Origin: an uncultured virus (IMG/VR IMGVR_UViG_3300027754_000074)
Lineage: Duplodnaviria; Heunggongvirae; Uroviricota; Caudoviricetes
DNA: 20,000 nt
IMG/VR virus record: IMGVR_UViG_3300027754_000074
Reading direction: 5' to 3' (one strand)
Position 1 is the stretch's first letter. Each line of letters begins with the position of its first letter. A program made the translations under genes and the position numbers. Of the stretch, positions 1 through 8,658 are shown in pieces. The notes under the pieces were generated by a model. That model was not told where the DNA came from, ran no database searches, and saw nothing but the letters and a program-made list of their open reading frames with translations.

Positions 1-85
1 GCGCGTCCGCGAGATTGAAGCGGGCGAGCGCCGCCCGGACGGCTCGCTCATCGAAGACCTCGAAGACGACGACGCCGACGAATAG
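1..85 (+). CDS. 3' end of upstream gene (partial), acidic C-terminus
   Basis: Frame from position 2 reads RVREIEAGERRPDGSLIEDLEDDDADE to TAG at 83-85; same orientation as downstream genes. Confidence 0.55.
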   Translation, partial: RVREIEAGERRPDGSLIEDLEDDDADE

Positions 86-119
86 GGGTTAGGGGCTCCG
101 GACAATCTGGAGTCCCCCC

Positions 120-359
120 GTGAAATTCCCTCTCGTTACCGTGCTCCTGCGTATCGCGCAGGCGCTCCCCGCTATTGTTGCCACCGTGACCGCCGACGTG
201 AAAGCGGACAAAGCCGCTACCAGCGACGGCGGCACGAAGATCACCGCCGCCGAAGTGGGCGTGATCGTCGGGCACATTTTCGAGAAGCTGGGGGCCGCCG
301 TGCTCCCGGTAGTCCTGAAAGCCAACGACATCGCTACGGCGCTCGCGTCCACGATGTAG
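120..359 (+). CDS. small hydrophobic hypothetical protein (79 aa)
   Basis: GTG start with GGAG just upstream; hydrophobic N- and C-terminal segments. Confidence 0.65.
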   Translation: MKFPLVTVLLRIAQALPAIVATVTADVKADKAATSDGGTKITAAEVGVIVGHIFEKLGAAVLPVVLKANDIATALASTM

Positions 360-388
360 CACAAAGCGAGCACAAAGCGAGCACGTTT
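358..388. repeat. tandem 11-bp repeat AGCACAAAGCG x2 followed by AGCACGTTT
   Basis: Seen directly at 358-368, 369-379 and 380-388; related to the AGCAC motifs at 4221 and 12226-12260. Confidence 0.7.
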
Positions 389-446
389 ACCCGGTGCCCG
401 GCGTGCGCCCGCGTGCTACCCTCGCATCAACGCGCCCCTTTGGGGG

Positions 447-475
447 TTGACGCGCTTTCGCATATGCTATAGTAT
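447..475 (+). promoter_or_regulatory. sigma70-like promoter
   Basis: TTGACG (447-452), 17 bp spacer, TAGTAT (470-475); overlapping extended -10 TGCTATAGT (465-473); AT-rich patch in GC-rich DNA 25 bp before ATG 500. Confidence 0.7.
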
Positions 476-497
476 GTGCAAACAACCCTCGGAGATT

Positions 498-1140
498 CCA
501 TGTACCGCCGTAACGCTTCCGCCTCATCCGCCGACACTACCGCCGCGACGGAGCTTGCCCTGTTCGCAGCCAACGACGGCGACCTGTACCGCTCGCAGGC
601 GCAGCCGATCATTACGAACCTTGCCAAGAAAATGGGGAAAGGACAATATGACGAGGCGAAAGCCGCGAAGCTGTGGGGCTACTTCGCAAACACCGCCGCG
701 CAAAAGTACGCATGGGAGTTCGGGGATCGCAAGCGCGGAACCCGGTCATGGCGGGAGCAAAGCGTAGACGGTAACGGTATGTTCAACGCGGCGACCCGCC
801 GCTTTGCGAGCGCGGAGCTTGAACACCACTACCGCGACGAGGTGACCTCGTTAGCGACCACGGCGCGGATGTCGGCGCGCAGCAACCCCCGTTCGAGCGG
901 GCAGACCTACAACGGGCACCCGTCGCGGGCACATTGGAACGTCGCCCTGTGGGTAGCAAACGACTACGGATTGTATCAAGCCGTCTCGCGCATGGGGAAA
1001 GCAGAGGCGGTAGAATTCCTCATGGATAGTTTTCCGCGCACACCGGACGGCGTGAAAATGACGAAAACCCTTGCCGCCTACGCATGGCGCAGCTTGAAGG
1101 ATTGACCCCCATGTACCGCCGTAACGCTTCCGCCTCATCC
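498..1140 (+). repeat. identical 32-bp direct repeat at 498-529 and 1109-1140
   Basis: CCATGTACCGCCGTAACGCTTCCGCCTCATCC in both places; encodes MYRRNASASS. Confidence 0.95.
500..1105 (+). CDS. two-module phage protein (MYRRNASASS leader, ARMSARSNPR linker)
   Basis: GGAG at 491-494 and ATG at 500 (track start 476 is probably too early). Module 1 ELALFAANDGDLY...KKMGKGQYD...KLWGY; module 2 YNGHP...WNVALWVANDYGLY; both resemble small phage hypothetical domains. Confidence 0.8.
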   Translation: MYRRNASASSADTTAATELALFAANDGDLYRSQAQPIITNLAKKMGKGQYDEAKAAKLWGYFANTAAQKYAWEFGDRKRGTRSWREQSVDGNGMFNAATRRFASAELEHHYRDEVTSLATTARMSARSNPRSSGQTYNGHPSRAHWNVALWVANDYGLYQAVSRMGKAEAVEFLMDSFPRTPDGVKMTKTLAAYAWRSLKD

Positions 1141-1475
1141 TCCGTACTCGACGCCGCACGCGCCGTCGCGGATCTTTCGCGCACCCTGACCGCCTCCTAT
1201 GTGAGCGCCCGCCTGTCCACGCTGGGCGGGGAAAACAGGGCTTCTACCATAATCACCGTTAGTCTCGACCCCAAGAGCGCGTGGACTAACGGCGTCCTCC
1301 AGAATAGCCGTTATGCGTTGTTTTCGGTGCATCCGGCGGATGGGACTATCGAGCTTTTTTCGGGCTCCGGAATCCCGAAGTTTCGCAAGGCTCAATTCAA
1401 GACGCCTGCGGAAGCCGTCGCCAAGATCGAAGCGTGGGTGGGGAAGGCGCGGATGTCGGCGCGCAGCAACCCCCG
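862..1475 (+). repeat. identical 30-bp direct repeat at 862-891 and 1446-1475
   Basis: GGCGCGGATGTCGGCGCGCAGCAACCCCCG in both places; encodes ARMSARSNPR. Confidence 0.95.
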
Positions 1476-2289
1476 CGTGCCGCGCACCCTCCACCCCGGC
1501 AAGGGCACCTACGGAGCCTACCGCCGCCGGCCCGGCCCTCAATGGGATGCTAACTTTACCGACGAGGAAAAGCGCAACTGGCGGCTGTTCTACCATTCGC
1601 CGCAGGGTCGGGCAACGCAGAAAGCACTACTTACGGCGCGTGGCCCCGACGAAACCGCTCACTTCCGGTCGGAGAACCCCGCACACGCTCCGCGCCATAA
1701 TCCCGGCTTCGGGGACTACCTCGCCGCCGGTCGCCGGCACCTCGCTACCGGCTTGACGAAAGCGGCGGAAGAGGCGCAGCGCGCCGCCGAGCGCGCCCGT
1801 GCCGCCGCCGACCGCGAAGCCAAGCGCCGCCAATGTGACGCCCCGACCCCGGAGCAGGCGATCCGCGTGCTGGCACAGGCGGTAGGCGTGGCGAAGCTGA
1901 ACCCCCGCAAGAAAACCCCTTATGGCCCCAAGTTCAACCGCGACGGAACCGTTACGCTGTGGGATGTCTACACCCAAAGTTGGGATCGTACCTCTCAACC
2001 CAGCGACCGCGATCTTGCCTCGCTGGACGCCGCAGAGCGCGCCCGTGTTATCCGGCACTTGAAGCTAAACCCCCGCAAGAACGCCGGGCAGAACGCGCCG
2101 GGCCTTTATCCAATTTCCAGCCTAAAAAAAGGCGAATTCTTCAAGCGTAAGCCGGATGCGCGCAAGGTTTACGTCAAAGGCGACTATGACCGCTCGGAGC
2201 GCACCTACACGGGGACGGACACGGAAGACATTAGCCGGGCTATCTACCTCAAAGGCACTACCCGCGTATACGTCGGCTTCGACTACTAG
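1111..2289 (+). CDS. multi-module polyprotein-like phage protein with xNP linkers
   Basis: ATG at 1111 gives the same MYRRNASASS leader. About five modules separated by RSNP, SENP/RHNP, KLNP, KLNP; last module LKKGEFFKRK...VYVKGDYDRS...VYVGFDY. Confidence 0.8.
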   Translation: MYRRNASASSSVLDAARAVADLSRTLTASYVSARLSTLGGENRASTIITVSLDPKSAWTNGVLQNSRYALFSVHPADGTIELFSGSGIPKFRKAQFKTPAEAVAKIEAWVGKARMSARSNPRVPRTLHPGKGTYGAYRRRPGPQWDANFTDEEKRNWRLFYHSPQGRATQKALLTARGPDETAHFRSENPAHAPRHNPGFGDYLAAGRRHLATGLTKAAEEAQRAAERARAAADREAKRRQCDAPTPEQAIRVLAQAVGVAKLNPRKKTPYGPKFNRDGTVTLWDVYTQSWDRTSQPSDRDLASLDAAERARVIRHLKLNPRKNAGQNAPGLYPISSLKKGEFFKRKPDARKVYVKGDYDRSERTYTGTDTEDISRAIYLKGTTRVYVGFDY

Positions 2290-2323
2290 CCCGTTTCCCG
2301 CCCGGAGGCGTTAGGCTCTCGCT

Positions 2324-2845
2324 ATGACCACCGCTACCGCCGTTTTTACCGCCCCCGTCTCCGATACCGCTGAAGCCCGCGTCACGCGGGATGAGCCTAT
2401 CGTGCGCGAAATGGTGCAATCCCTCGAAGTGGCGATAGCTCGGTGCGCGCTCGATCCGGAGCGGGACGCCCTCGAAGAGCGGGCGATCCTCAAAGCGGTA
2501 CGGCTACTCGACAAGCACCTGAGCGACGTGTTCGGGCCGGATAGCGTGCGCGCCGCCTTCCGGCAGGCGTTGTACGCGCTGGGCGACCTCCGGGCGACCC
2601 GTACCCCGTTCCTGCTCTCCGACGACGTGACCGTGCTGTGGATTGACCTCTACCCGGCAGCGGGCGAAGACGGGCGAGCCGCGCACGTCTACCTCGACGC
2701 CGACCGGGTGACGCTGAAGGCGCGGGCGCGCTGGGCGCGCATCGCTCCGAAACCGACCAAAGCCGTAGCCGCGCCGATCCTCCCCGACATCCTGACCGCT
2801 CCGAAGCCCCCGCGCCCCTCGAAGCGCATGGAGAGTAGCCCGTGA
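2324..2845 (+). CDS. hypothetical protein (173 aa)
   Basis: ORF in the operon orientation; stop overlaps the next start (GTGA). Confidence 0.7.
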   Translation: MTTATAVFTAPVSDTAEARVTRDEPIVREMVQSLEVAIARCALDPERDALEERAILKAVRLLDKHLSDVFGPDSVRAAFRQALYALGDLRATRTPFLLSDDVTVLWIDLYPAAGEDGRAAHVYLDADRVTLKARARWARIAPKPTKAVAAPILPDILTAPKPPRPSKRMESSP

Positions 2846-3696
2846 ACGAAATCCAACCGCTGATCATGCCCGCAGGCGTCACGGCTACCCCCGTGACCCT
2901 CGATCCGCCGAAGACCTACCACCTCCCCAATTGGGGGCGGATGTCCGATCCGGATCGCCTAAAGTTTCTCCGCTCGGTCGCGGAGCAACGCGGGCGCGAC
3001 CCCCGGATCCGTGAGCTTGCGTTCACGTTGATCGCCGGCACGCAGGAACGCGACTACCCGGCGCAAGCCGCCCGCCTCCTGAAAGCGGTGCAACCCGGCG
3101 GCCCTCTCATGGCTTACGTCAATGAGCCGGGCGAGGTATTGCAGGATCCGATCTACACCCTGAAGGTAAAGGCCGGCGATTGCGACGATGCCGCCTTGCT
3201 TTTGTCGTCTCTTTTCGAGGCGCTTCGGATGCCTTGGCGCTACGTCCTCTCCGGCATGAACCCGATCACAAAAGAGCGGGTTCGCTGGGTAGAAGGTACG
3301 CCGTACCCGCACGGCGTCCGCTGGGCGCACATTTACACGCGGGTAGGCTGGCCGGTCTTCGCGCCGAAAACGTGGGCGTGGGCGGAGCCGACCGTCCGTA
3401 ACGCCCCCCTCGGCTGGGACGTGACCGGGCACATGGAACGCACCGGGCAAGCCGGCTTGCCGGAGCTTGGAGACGCGGGCGCTCCGGCGCTCCCCGTGAG
3501 CAACGCCCCCGTGACGATTACCGCCCCGCCGTCTGCTCTCCGCGACATCGCTACCCGCATCGGCGGCAGCGTGGCAGGTAGCGGGCAGCGGGGGCTTGTG
3601 GAGACGGTGCTCCTCAGCGTGGCGGCTACCGTGCTCGCTACCGCCGTGCTCGACTACCTACGCGCCCGCAAAGTGATCCCGACGCCCTCCCGATAG
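2842..3696 (+). CDS. transglutaminase-like (papain-fold) Cys protease with C-terminal TM anchor
   Basis: GDCDD (catalytic Cys), WAHIY (His), WAEPT (acidic residue); upstream Y.NEP..E.LQ.P..TL motif; C-terminal hydrophobic helix followed by RARK. Confidence 0.8.
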   Translation: MNEIQPLIMPAGVTATPVTLDPPKTYHLPNWGRMSDPDRLKFLRSVAEQRGRDPRIRELAFTLIAGTQERDYPAQAARLLKAVQPGGPLMAYVNEPGEVLQDPIYTLKVKAGDCDDAALLLSSLFEALRMPWRYVLSGMNPITKERVRWVEGTPYPHGVRWAHIYTRVGWPVFAPKTWAWAEPTVRNAPLGWDVTGHMERTGQAGLPELGDAGAPALPVSNAPVTITAPPSALRDIATRIGGSVAGSGQRGLVETVLLSVAATVLATAVLDYLRARKVIPTPSR

Positions 3697-4088
3697 TGGC
3701 GGGTGCGCGTGCGCGTGCATATACGCATCGTATGTCACACGCTTTTGTAGAGCTTCCGGAATGGATCAATCAAAACACCGTCGAAGAGGCGTACCGCCTG
3801 TGCAAAATGGCGCAGGAAGGTCGCCGCCAATCGCTCGCTAACGCCGGGATGCGCGCCGCTCGCGCCCGTGACGCCCGGTTGCTAAAAGCGCTCGAAGGGG
3901 GCGCGGAAGTTTTGCACCGGATGAGCGAGCGCCAATTGGGCGGTACGTTCAACGTCGGGGGGCTTCGGGTACAGTCTACCGAATTCCAATTGTGGCGCAA
4001 CGCTTACGAGCGCGCCGACGAAGGCGTAGCGGACGGTCACTATGAATGGATCTACGGCGCGGCGGCGCTGCTTGCGGGGCTCGCCTAA
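3696..4088 (+). CDS. hypothetical protein (alternative ATG at 3732)
   Basis: Start overlaps the preceding stop; helical, protein-like composition. Confidence 0.65.
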   Translation: MAGARARAYTHRMSHAFVELPEWINQNTVEEAYRLCKMAQEGRRQSLANAGMRAARARDARLLKALEGGAEVLHRMSERQLGGTFNVGGLRVQSTEFQLWRNAYERADEGVADGHYEWIYGAAALLAGLA

Positions 4089-4161
4089 GCCCTTTCCGGC
4101 GCGTTTGGAGCGCGGGGGGTGCCACGGCTCCGGTTACGCCCGCCGGTGAGCTTCCCGGTTT

Positions 4162-4233
4162 ATTTTACCGGTAGAATGTTTCGCCCTTCTCTCTGGAGCG
4201 TAGGGGGGTAGCTCTGGGGTGTAGCACGTTTCT
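4162..4233 (+). promoter_or_regulatory. putative promoter/operator region upstream of the membrane-protein operon
   Basis: TAGAAT -10-like element (4172-4177) overlapping ATTTTACCGGTA (also at 16844-16855); GTAGCACGTTTCT at 4221-4233 (also at 12248-12260). Confidence 0.45.
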
Positions 4234-4287
4234 ACGTTGCCCCGCAGGGCCATAAACGGTACTCTCTCGCACTTAGCGGAGTGTGCT

Positions 4288-4881
4288 GTGATCCCTTTTT
4301 CCCCTACCGTGGCCGCCTTGATCGCAGCCGCCGGTGAGATCGTGCCGTCTACCTTGGCCGGTCGCATCGCCCTACTCGACCGCCGCGCCGGAATTGAGCG
4401 CGCCGCCGCCGCCAAAGCCGTCCGCGAGCACAAGCCGGGATGGCGCGTCACGCGCACGTTTCACCTGACCCGCTCGCGCTATCTGGAGCAGGAAGCGGTG
4501 CGCCTCCGCGCCATTCTGGCCCGTCAGTCGCGCCCCGCGCCCTTCCGCCCGCGCCCGTTGGTGACACCTTCGAGCTTCCGCCCCGGCTACCGCCCCCCTC
4601 CGCCCGCGTACTACGCGCCGCCCGTCTACACCCCGCCCGTGCGCCCCGCTCCCCTGTTCGCGCCGGGCGTCTATGGCCCCTCGGCGGAGATGGAAGAGGC
4701 CGCCCCCGCCGTTATGGAACCGTCCACCATCGCGCAGCAAGAGAACGCCTCCGCCCTCCCCGATGTCGGGCCGTGGTACACCCGCCCGCTCGGCGTGGGC
4801 GCGCTGGTGTTCGGCGGCGTGGTTGCCGTGATCGCCCTCCGCAAGAAGGGCAAGAAGGGCAAGGCGGATAAAGCGGCATGA
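4288..4881 (+). CDS. putative virion membrane protein, Pro-rich, C-terminal TM plus basic tail
   Basis: GGAG 4278-4281, GTG 4288; ends PWYTRPLGVGALVFGGVVAVIALRKKGKK. Confidence 0.75.
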   Translation: MIPFSPTVAALIAAAGEIVPSTLAGRIALLDRRAGIERAAAAKAVREHKPGWRVTRTFHLTRSRYLEQEAVRLRAILARQSRPAPFRPRPLVTPSSFRPGYRPPPPAYYAPPVYTPPVRPAPLFAPGVYGPSAEMEEAAPAVMEPSTIAQQENASALPDVGPWYTRPLGVGALVFGGVVAVIALRKKGKKGKADKAA

Positions 4882-5138
4882 GCTTTAGTTCTGCGAGCCT
4901 CCTACCCCTCGGCGTCAAGCTGGCCGATTTGGTCAAGTCCGCCGTCGATCAATACGCCGTCCTGAAGGGCGCGGGGATTGAAGTCAGCGCGGACGTGCTC
5001 GGCGCGTTCCTACTGGCGAAAATGGACGGGTGGGCTCCCACCGTAGCCGGTCGCCGGGTACTCTCTGACGACGAGACGCGCACCGCTTTTGCACGGGCGC
5101 TTGCCGGTATCGCCTTCGACCTTTCACGCGGAACGTGA
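4878..5138 (+). CDS. small hypothetical protein (86 aa)
   Basis: ATGA overlap with the previous stop. Confidence 0.7.
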   Translation: MSFSSASLLPLGVKLADLVKSAVDQYAVLKGAGIEVSADVLGAFLLAKMDGWAPTVAGRRVLSDDETRTAFARALAGIAFDLSRGT

Positions 5139-5141
5139 TCT

Positions 5142-6107
5142 ATGTACGGTACAACCTCTGATTCGATGTTCGGTGACGATGGGATGTTCGCGGGCGATTA
5201 CGGCGCTCCGCCGGCTATGCCCGCGTCCGGTATTCCGCAGGTGCCGGGTACGGTGATCTCCGCTGAAGCCGCGTTGCCGCCGGGCGTCAAGGCGCAGCCG
5301 GGTACGGTCATTGTGAGTCAGACACCGCTCCCGGCGGGCGTCAAGGCGCAGCCGGGTACGGTCGTGGTCGCGGATGTCTCCGCAGCCCCCCGCGTGCCGG
5401 AGTTCGCCACCGTGCGCCCTCTGTCCACCGTAGGACGTGGCGGGCGCTCGATCAATGGGGGGCTCCCGCCTCTCCCGGCGGGGCAACCTCCCGGCATTGA
5501 CACAACGCTGTGGATGACCGGAGGCGGTACGAATATGCCCCTACCGGGCCGCCCTGTAGGCTCGACACCCTACCCCTACGATATGCAGCGTTTTCGCGGC
5601 GAGACGGTCGGGAGCTACTTCGGGCAGATGAAACCCGGTATGGATTACTGGTCAGGAACCGACGTTACCTACCGCGACGTGAAGAGCCTAAACTACGCGA
5701 CGGACGGCTACGTTTACCGGCTCTACAACGATCCGGCGCAGTCTATCGACGTGATCAAGGCCGGGAAGGTCGTAGCCAAGCGGATCACCGCCGCGTCCAG
5801 CCCGGCGGCGTACAAAGCCATTATGGACGAAGTACAGGGCAAGAAGCGGGTAGACCCCGCGCTGCTGATTGCGGCGATCAACGCAGGTACGATCATCGGC
5901 GTAGCCGCCGTAAGCGCCCTCGCCCCGAAGCCAAAGCGGCGTAAGGCGTTCGAGGCGTCCGCAGCCGCCGCGCCCGTCGCGGAGCCCGTCTCGACGGGGA
6001 TCCCGACGTGGGTATGGGTTGCAGGCGGCGGCGTCGTGCTCGCCGGTATCGGCCTTATGGTGTTCGGTCGTCACTCCGAGCCCGAAAAGGCGAAGGGCGC
6101 GGCCTAA
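5142..6107 (+). CDS. putative virion membrane protein with two hydrophobic helices and an internal 18-aa repeat
   Basis: PGVKAQPGTV repeat; C-terminal PTWVWVAGGGVVLAGIGLMVFGR anchor. Confidence 0.8.
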   Translation: MYGTTSDSMFGDDGMFAGDYGAPPAMPASGIPQVPGTVISAEAALPPGVKAQPGTVIVSQTPLPAGVKAQPGTVVVADVSAAPRVPEFATVRPLSTVGRGGRSINGGLPPLPAGQPPGIDTTLWMTGGGTNMPLPGRPVGSTPYPYDMQRFRGETVGSYFGQMKPGMDYWSGTDVTYRDVKSLNYATDGYVYRLYNDPAQSIDVIKAGKVVAKRITAASSPAAYKAIMDEVQGKKRVDPALLIAAINAGTIIGVAAVSALAPKPKRRKAFEASAAAAPVAEPVSTGIPTWVWVAGGGVVLAGIGLMVFGRHSEPEKAKGAA

Positions 6108-6439
6108 TGCCCCCCGCCTTCGATACCGGGCGGGCTTACGGTGCGTTCGATGTGAGCACTATCGATCCAACCGTGCTGGTAGAGCTTGTCAAAAGCACTA
6201 CCGCTATCACCACCACAGGTATCAAAACGGCGGCGGAGTTAGCCGCCGCGAAACGGGAAAAGGACGCTAAAAAGAAGAAAACCTCTTCCGCCCCCGCCCC
6301 TTCCCCCGTGGTCGTCGCCGCCGCCCCGCGCTCCGCCGTCCCCGGCTGGGCTATCGGGCTGGGCGCGGTCGCCGTGGTCGGCGTCGTAGGTCTGATCCTG
6401 TTTTTGCCGAAGGCGGCTCCCGCGAGGACGAAACGATGA
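6107..6439 (+). CDS. putative virion membrane protein, C-terminal TM
   Basis: TAATG coupling gives ATG 6107 (MPPAFDTGRAYGAF); ends PGWAIGLGAVAVVGVVGLILFLPK. Confidence 0.75.
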   Translation: MPPAFDTGRAYGAFDVSTIDPTVLVELVKSTTAITTTGIKTAAELAAAKREKDAKKKKTSSAPAPSPVVVAAAPRSAVPGWAIGLGAVAVVGVVGLILFLPKAAPARTKR

Positions 6440-7017
6440 ATCTTTACCTCCCCTTCCCTCCCCCCGGAAAAACGGAGCCCGCTACGGGCAACGTCCGCGT
6501 GGTCTATGGGCCTAACGGTCGCCGCCGTAAAACCATGCTGCTCCGCCGCGTGGCGCAGCCGCCGCAGCCGGTCGTGATCACCCCGTCCCCCTACATCATC
6601 GCGTGGGGCGCGACGGACAACCGCGCCACCGAAGCCTCGAACCGGGGGCCGGAGCCCTTCGAGGATCAGTTTCAAGCGTACCTGCCTACCGCCGTGCAGG
6701 CGGTCAGCGCCCTAACGGAAGGGGACGCCCGCACGCAGGTAAATCTGCTTGAAACGAAGATCCGCAACTACGAAAACATGAAGCGGACGCCCCCGTACAA
6801 CGTCGTGCCCGGCACGCTTTGGTACGACAACGAGATCGCCAAAATGCGCGCCCGCTTGATCGCCGCCCGGCAAAAGCTCGCCCTCACCCGCGAGGGGGAA
6901 AGCGCGACCCGCGATTGGCGCAACCTCGGACAAACGGCGCTCGGCGTCGGCATCGTCGCCGGTGTCGCGTTGGTCATGCTCACCCTTGCGGGCACCGCTC
7001 GCGTAGCACGGCGGTAA
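6436..7017 (+). CDS. putative virion membrane protein, coiled coil plus C-terminal TM
   Basis: ATGA coupling; ends LGVGIVAGVALVMLTLAGTARVARR. Confidence 0.75.
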   Translation: MNLYLPFPPPGKTEPATGNVRVVYGPNGRRRKTMLLRRVAQPPQPVVITPSPYIIAWGATDNRATEASNRGPEPFEDQFQAYLPTAVQAVSALTEGDARTQVNLLETKIRNYENMKRTPPYNVVPGTLWYDNEIAKMRARLIAARQKLALTREGESATRDWRNLGQTALGVGIVAGVALVMLTLAGTARVARR

Positions 7018-7019
7018 CC

Positions 7020-7457
7020 ATGTTCGACGCTTACGGAGCCCCCGCCCTTACCCCCGCCTGCGCCGCCCTGCTGGCGCAGCGAAAAGCCGCGCTGCGCGAA
7101 ATGGCACGCTCCCCCTTGTTTAGCCCCCGCCGGAGAGCGGCGGAGAAAGAAGCGAACCGCTTAGGGAAGCTCTACAACGCTTGCAAGCGAGCGGCGCACA
7201 AAGCCAAAGTGGAAGCCCGGAAAGCGAGCGCGATCCGTTCGAGCCGCCCGGCCCCCGCTCCCGAAGCGGAGCCCCCGGACGTGCCCGAAGTGGTGGATAC
7301 CCCCGCCGGGATCGTCGCGGCCCCCTCTGGCCCGTCTACTACCGTGCTCGTCGTGGGCGGCGTAGCCGCGCTGGCTATCGTGGGCGCGCTCCTGTTCGCC
7401 GGCAAGGGCGGCGGATCGGCCCCCGTCAGCTACACGTCGCAGCGGAGGCGCAAATGA
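7020..7457 (+). CDS. putative virion membrane protein, C-terminal TM
   Basis: ATG 7020 (MFDAYGAP) 2 nt after the previous stop; VLVVGGVAALAIVGALLFAGK anchor. Confidence 0.75.
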   Translation: MFDAYGAPALTPACAALLAQRKAALREMARSPLFSPRRRAAEKEANRLGKLYNACKRAAHKAKVEARKASAIRSSRPAPAPEAEPPDVPEVVDTPAGIVAAPSGPSTTVLVVGGVAALAIVGALLFAGKGGGSAPVSYTSQRRRK

Positions 7458-8092
7458 CGACCCAATTTCTCCCCCTCGGATATGGGGCTCCGCCTCCGGA
7501 GGTCGCGGACTACTCGACGGACACCGAAAATATGGCTCGCGGGCGCGCTGGGCGCAAGGCCGCCGTAGGCGTGGCTATGTCCGCAAGCTCCCTCGTACTC
7601 AGCGCCGCTATTGGCACGGCGGCTATCCCTGCGGTGCCGTGGACGCAGATCGCCGCCGCCGTAGGTGTCGCCGTCGCTGGGTGTCTCGCCGCCGGAGAGG
7701 CTATCGGAGCGCGCAACGAGAAAATCCTACGCGGCGACGAATCCGCGATTGTGCCCTTCATAAAGGCGGTTTCGCGCTGGAAGTCTGACAAGCGCAAGAA
7801 GGTCGCGGAGCGCCTGCTAAAAGAGTATCAAAACCACCTCCAACACGAAAAGACCGGCGTGTTTGCGAAGGCGTGGCGGATCCGGAAAAACGCGCTCGCT
7901 ATGAAAATGGGCGCGTTGTACGCTGCGGAATCGCATAATCGGCGTAAGCCAAACGTCGCCCTCGACCCCGCCGGCCCGACCCCCGCACAGGTAGAGGCGG
8001 AGCCGGAGATCCCCGCGTGGGTGTGGGTGGGCGGCGGAGTCGCCGTTTTCGCTATCATCGGTGCCGCCGTAGCGCGGCGGAGGTCGTCGTGA
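7454..8092 (+). CDS. putative virion membrane protein, several hydrophobic helices
   Basis: GGAGG then ATG 7454 (ATGA overlap); ends PAWVWVGGGVAVFAIIGAAVARRRSS. Confidence 0.75.
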   Translation: MTTQFLPLGYGAPPPEVADYSTDTENMARGRAGRKAAVGVAMSASSLVLSAAIGTAAIPAVPWTQIAAAVGVAVAGCLAAGEAIGARNEKILRGDESAIVPFIKAVSRWKSDKRKKVAERLLKEYQNHLQHEKTGVFAKAWRIRKNALAMKMGALYAAESHNRRKPNVALDPAGPTPAQVEAEPEIPAWVWVGGGVAVFAIIGAAVARRRSS

Positions 8093-8658
8093 ACACTTAC
8101 GGAAACATCCTTACTTGTCACTTCGGAACGTACAATACCTGCGCGTGGGAAGAGAGCGCGAAGGTGCGTACCTACGGCGATTTTCTGCTGCTGGCGGCTA
8201 CGGCGCTGAAAATGGCGAATCTGTCCGCTATGGCCGCCGCCCCCGAAAAGGTGCTCGACGGCAGCGGGCGGGCGTATTTTCCGCCTCCCTCGACGGGTAC
8301 GACGGTAGCCTCCCTGTTCGCACGCCTCAAAAAGCTGGTAGCGACAAGCCCTACCGCTGTCGCGCTGGTCGTCTCGAAAGCCTCCGAATACTACACGAAT
8401 GTAGAATTGGCGACGGGCAAGGACTACAAAGCACCCGTAACAGGTACGCAAAAGCGCGGGCCGGGCGTCCCCGCCGCCTCCGCCGCGCCGACGTTTCAAC
8501 CCTCGACCCCCTACGCGCCCCCTGCCTCTGTAGCTCCGGCTCCGGCGGTCGAAGTGCCCCCGGAAACCCCGTTCTATCAGCGGGAATGGTTCGCGCCCGT
8601 CGCGGTCGTCGCGGTGCTCGGTGTGGCCGCCCTGTTCCTTTTGCCAAAGCGAGCGTAG
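8089..8658 (+). CDS. putative virion membrane protein, C-terminal TM
   Basis: GGAGG then GTG 8089 (GTGA overlap); ends PFYQREWFAPVAVVAVLGVAALFLLPKRA. Confidence 0.75.
   Translation: MNTYGNILTCHFGTYNTCAWEESAKVRTYGDFLLLAATALKMANLSAMAAAPEKVLDGSGRAYFPPPSTGTTVASLFARLKKLVATSPTAVALVVSKASEYYTNVELATGKDYKAPVTGTQKRGPGVPAASAAPTFQPSTPYAPPASVAPAPAVEVPPETPFYQREWFAPVAVVAVLGVAALFLLPKRA

Noticed and set aside
498..1475. 30-32 bp direct repeats as att sites, CRISPR repeats or transposon ends
   Set aside because: They are in-frame coding linkers hundreds of bp apart; no integrase or transposase in the window
4221..4240. GTAGCACGTTTCT as a sigma54 -24/-12 promoter
   Set aside because: It lacks the invariant GG at -24 and a correctly spaced GC at -12
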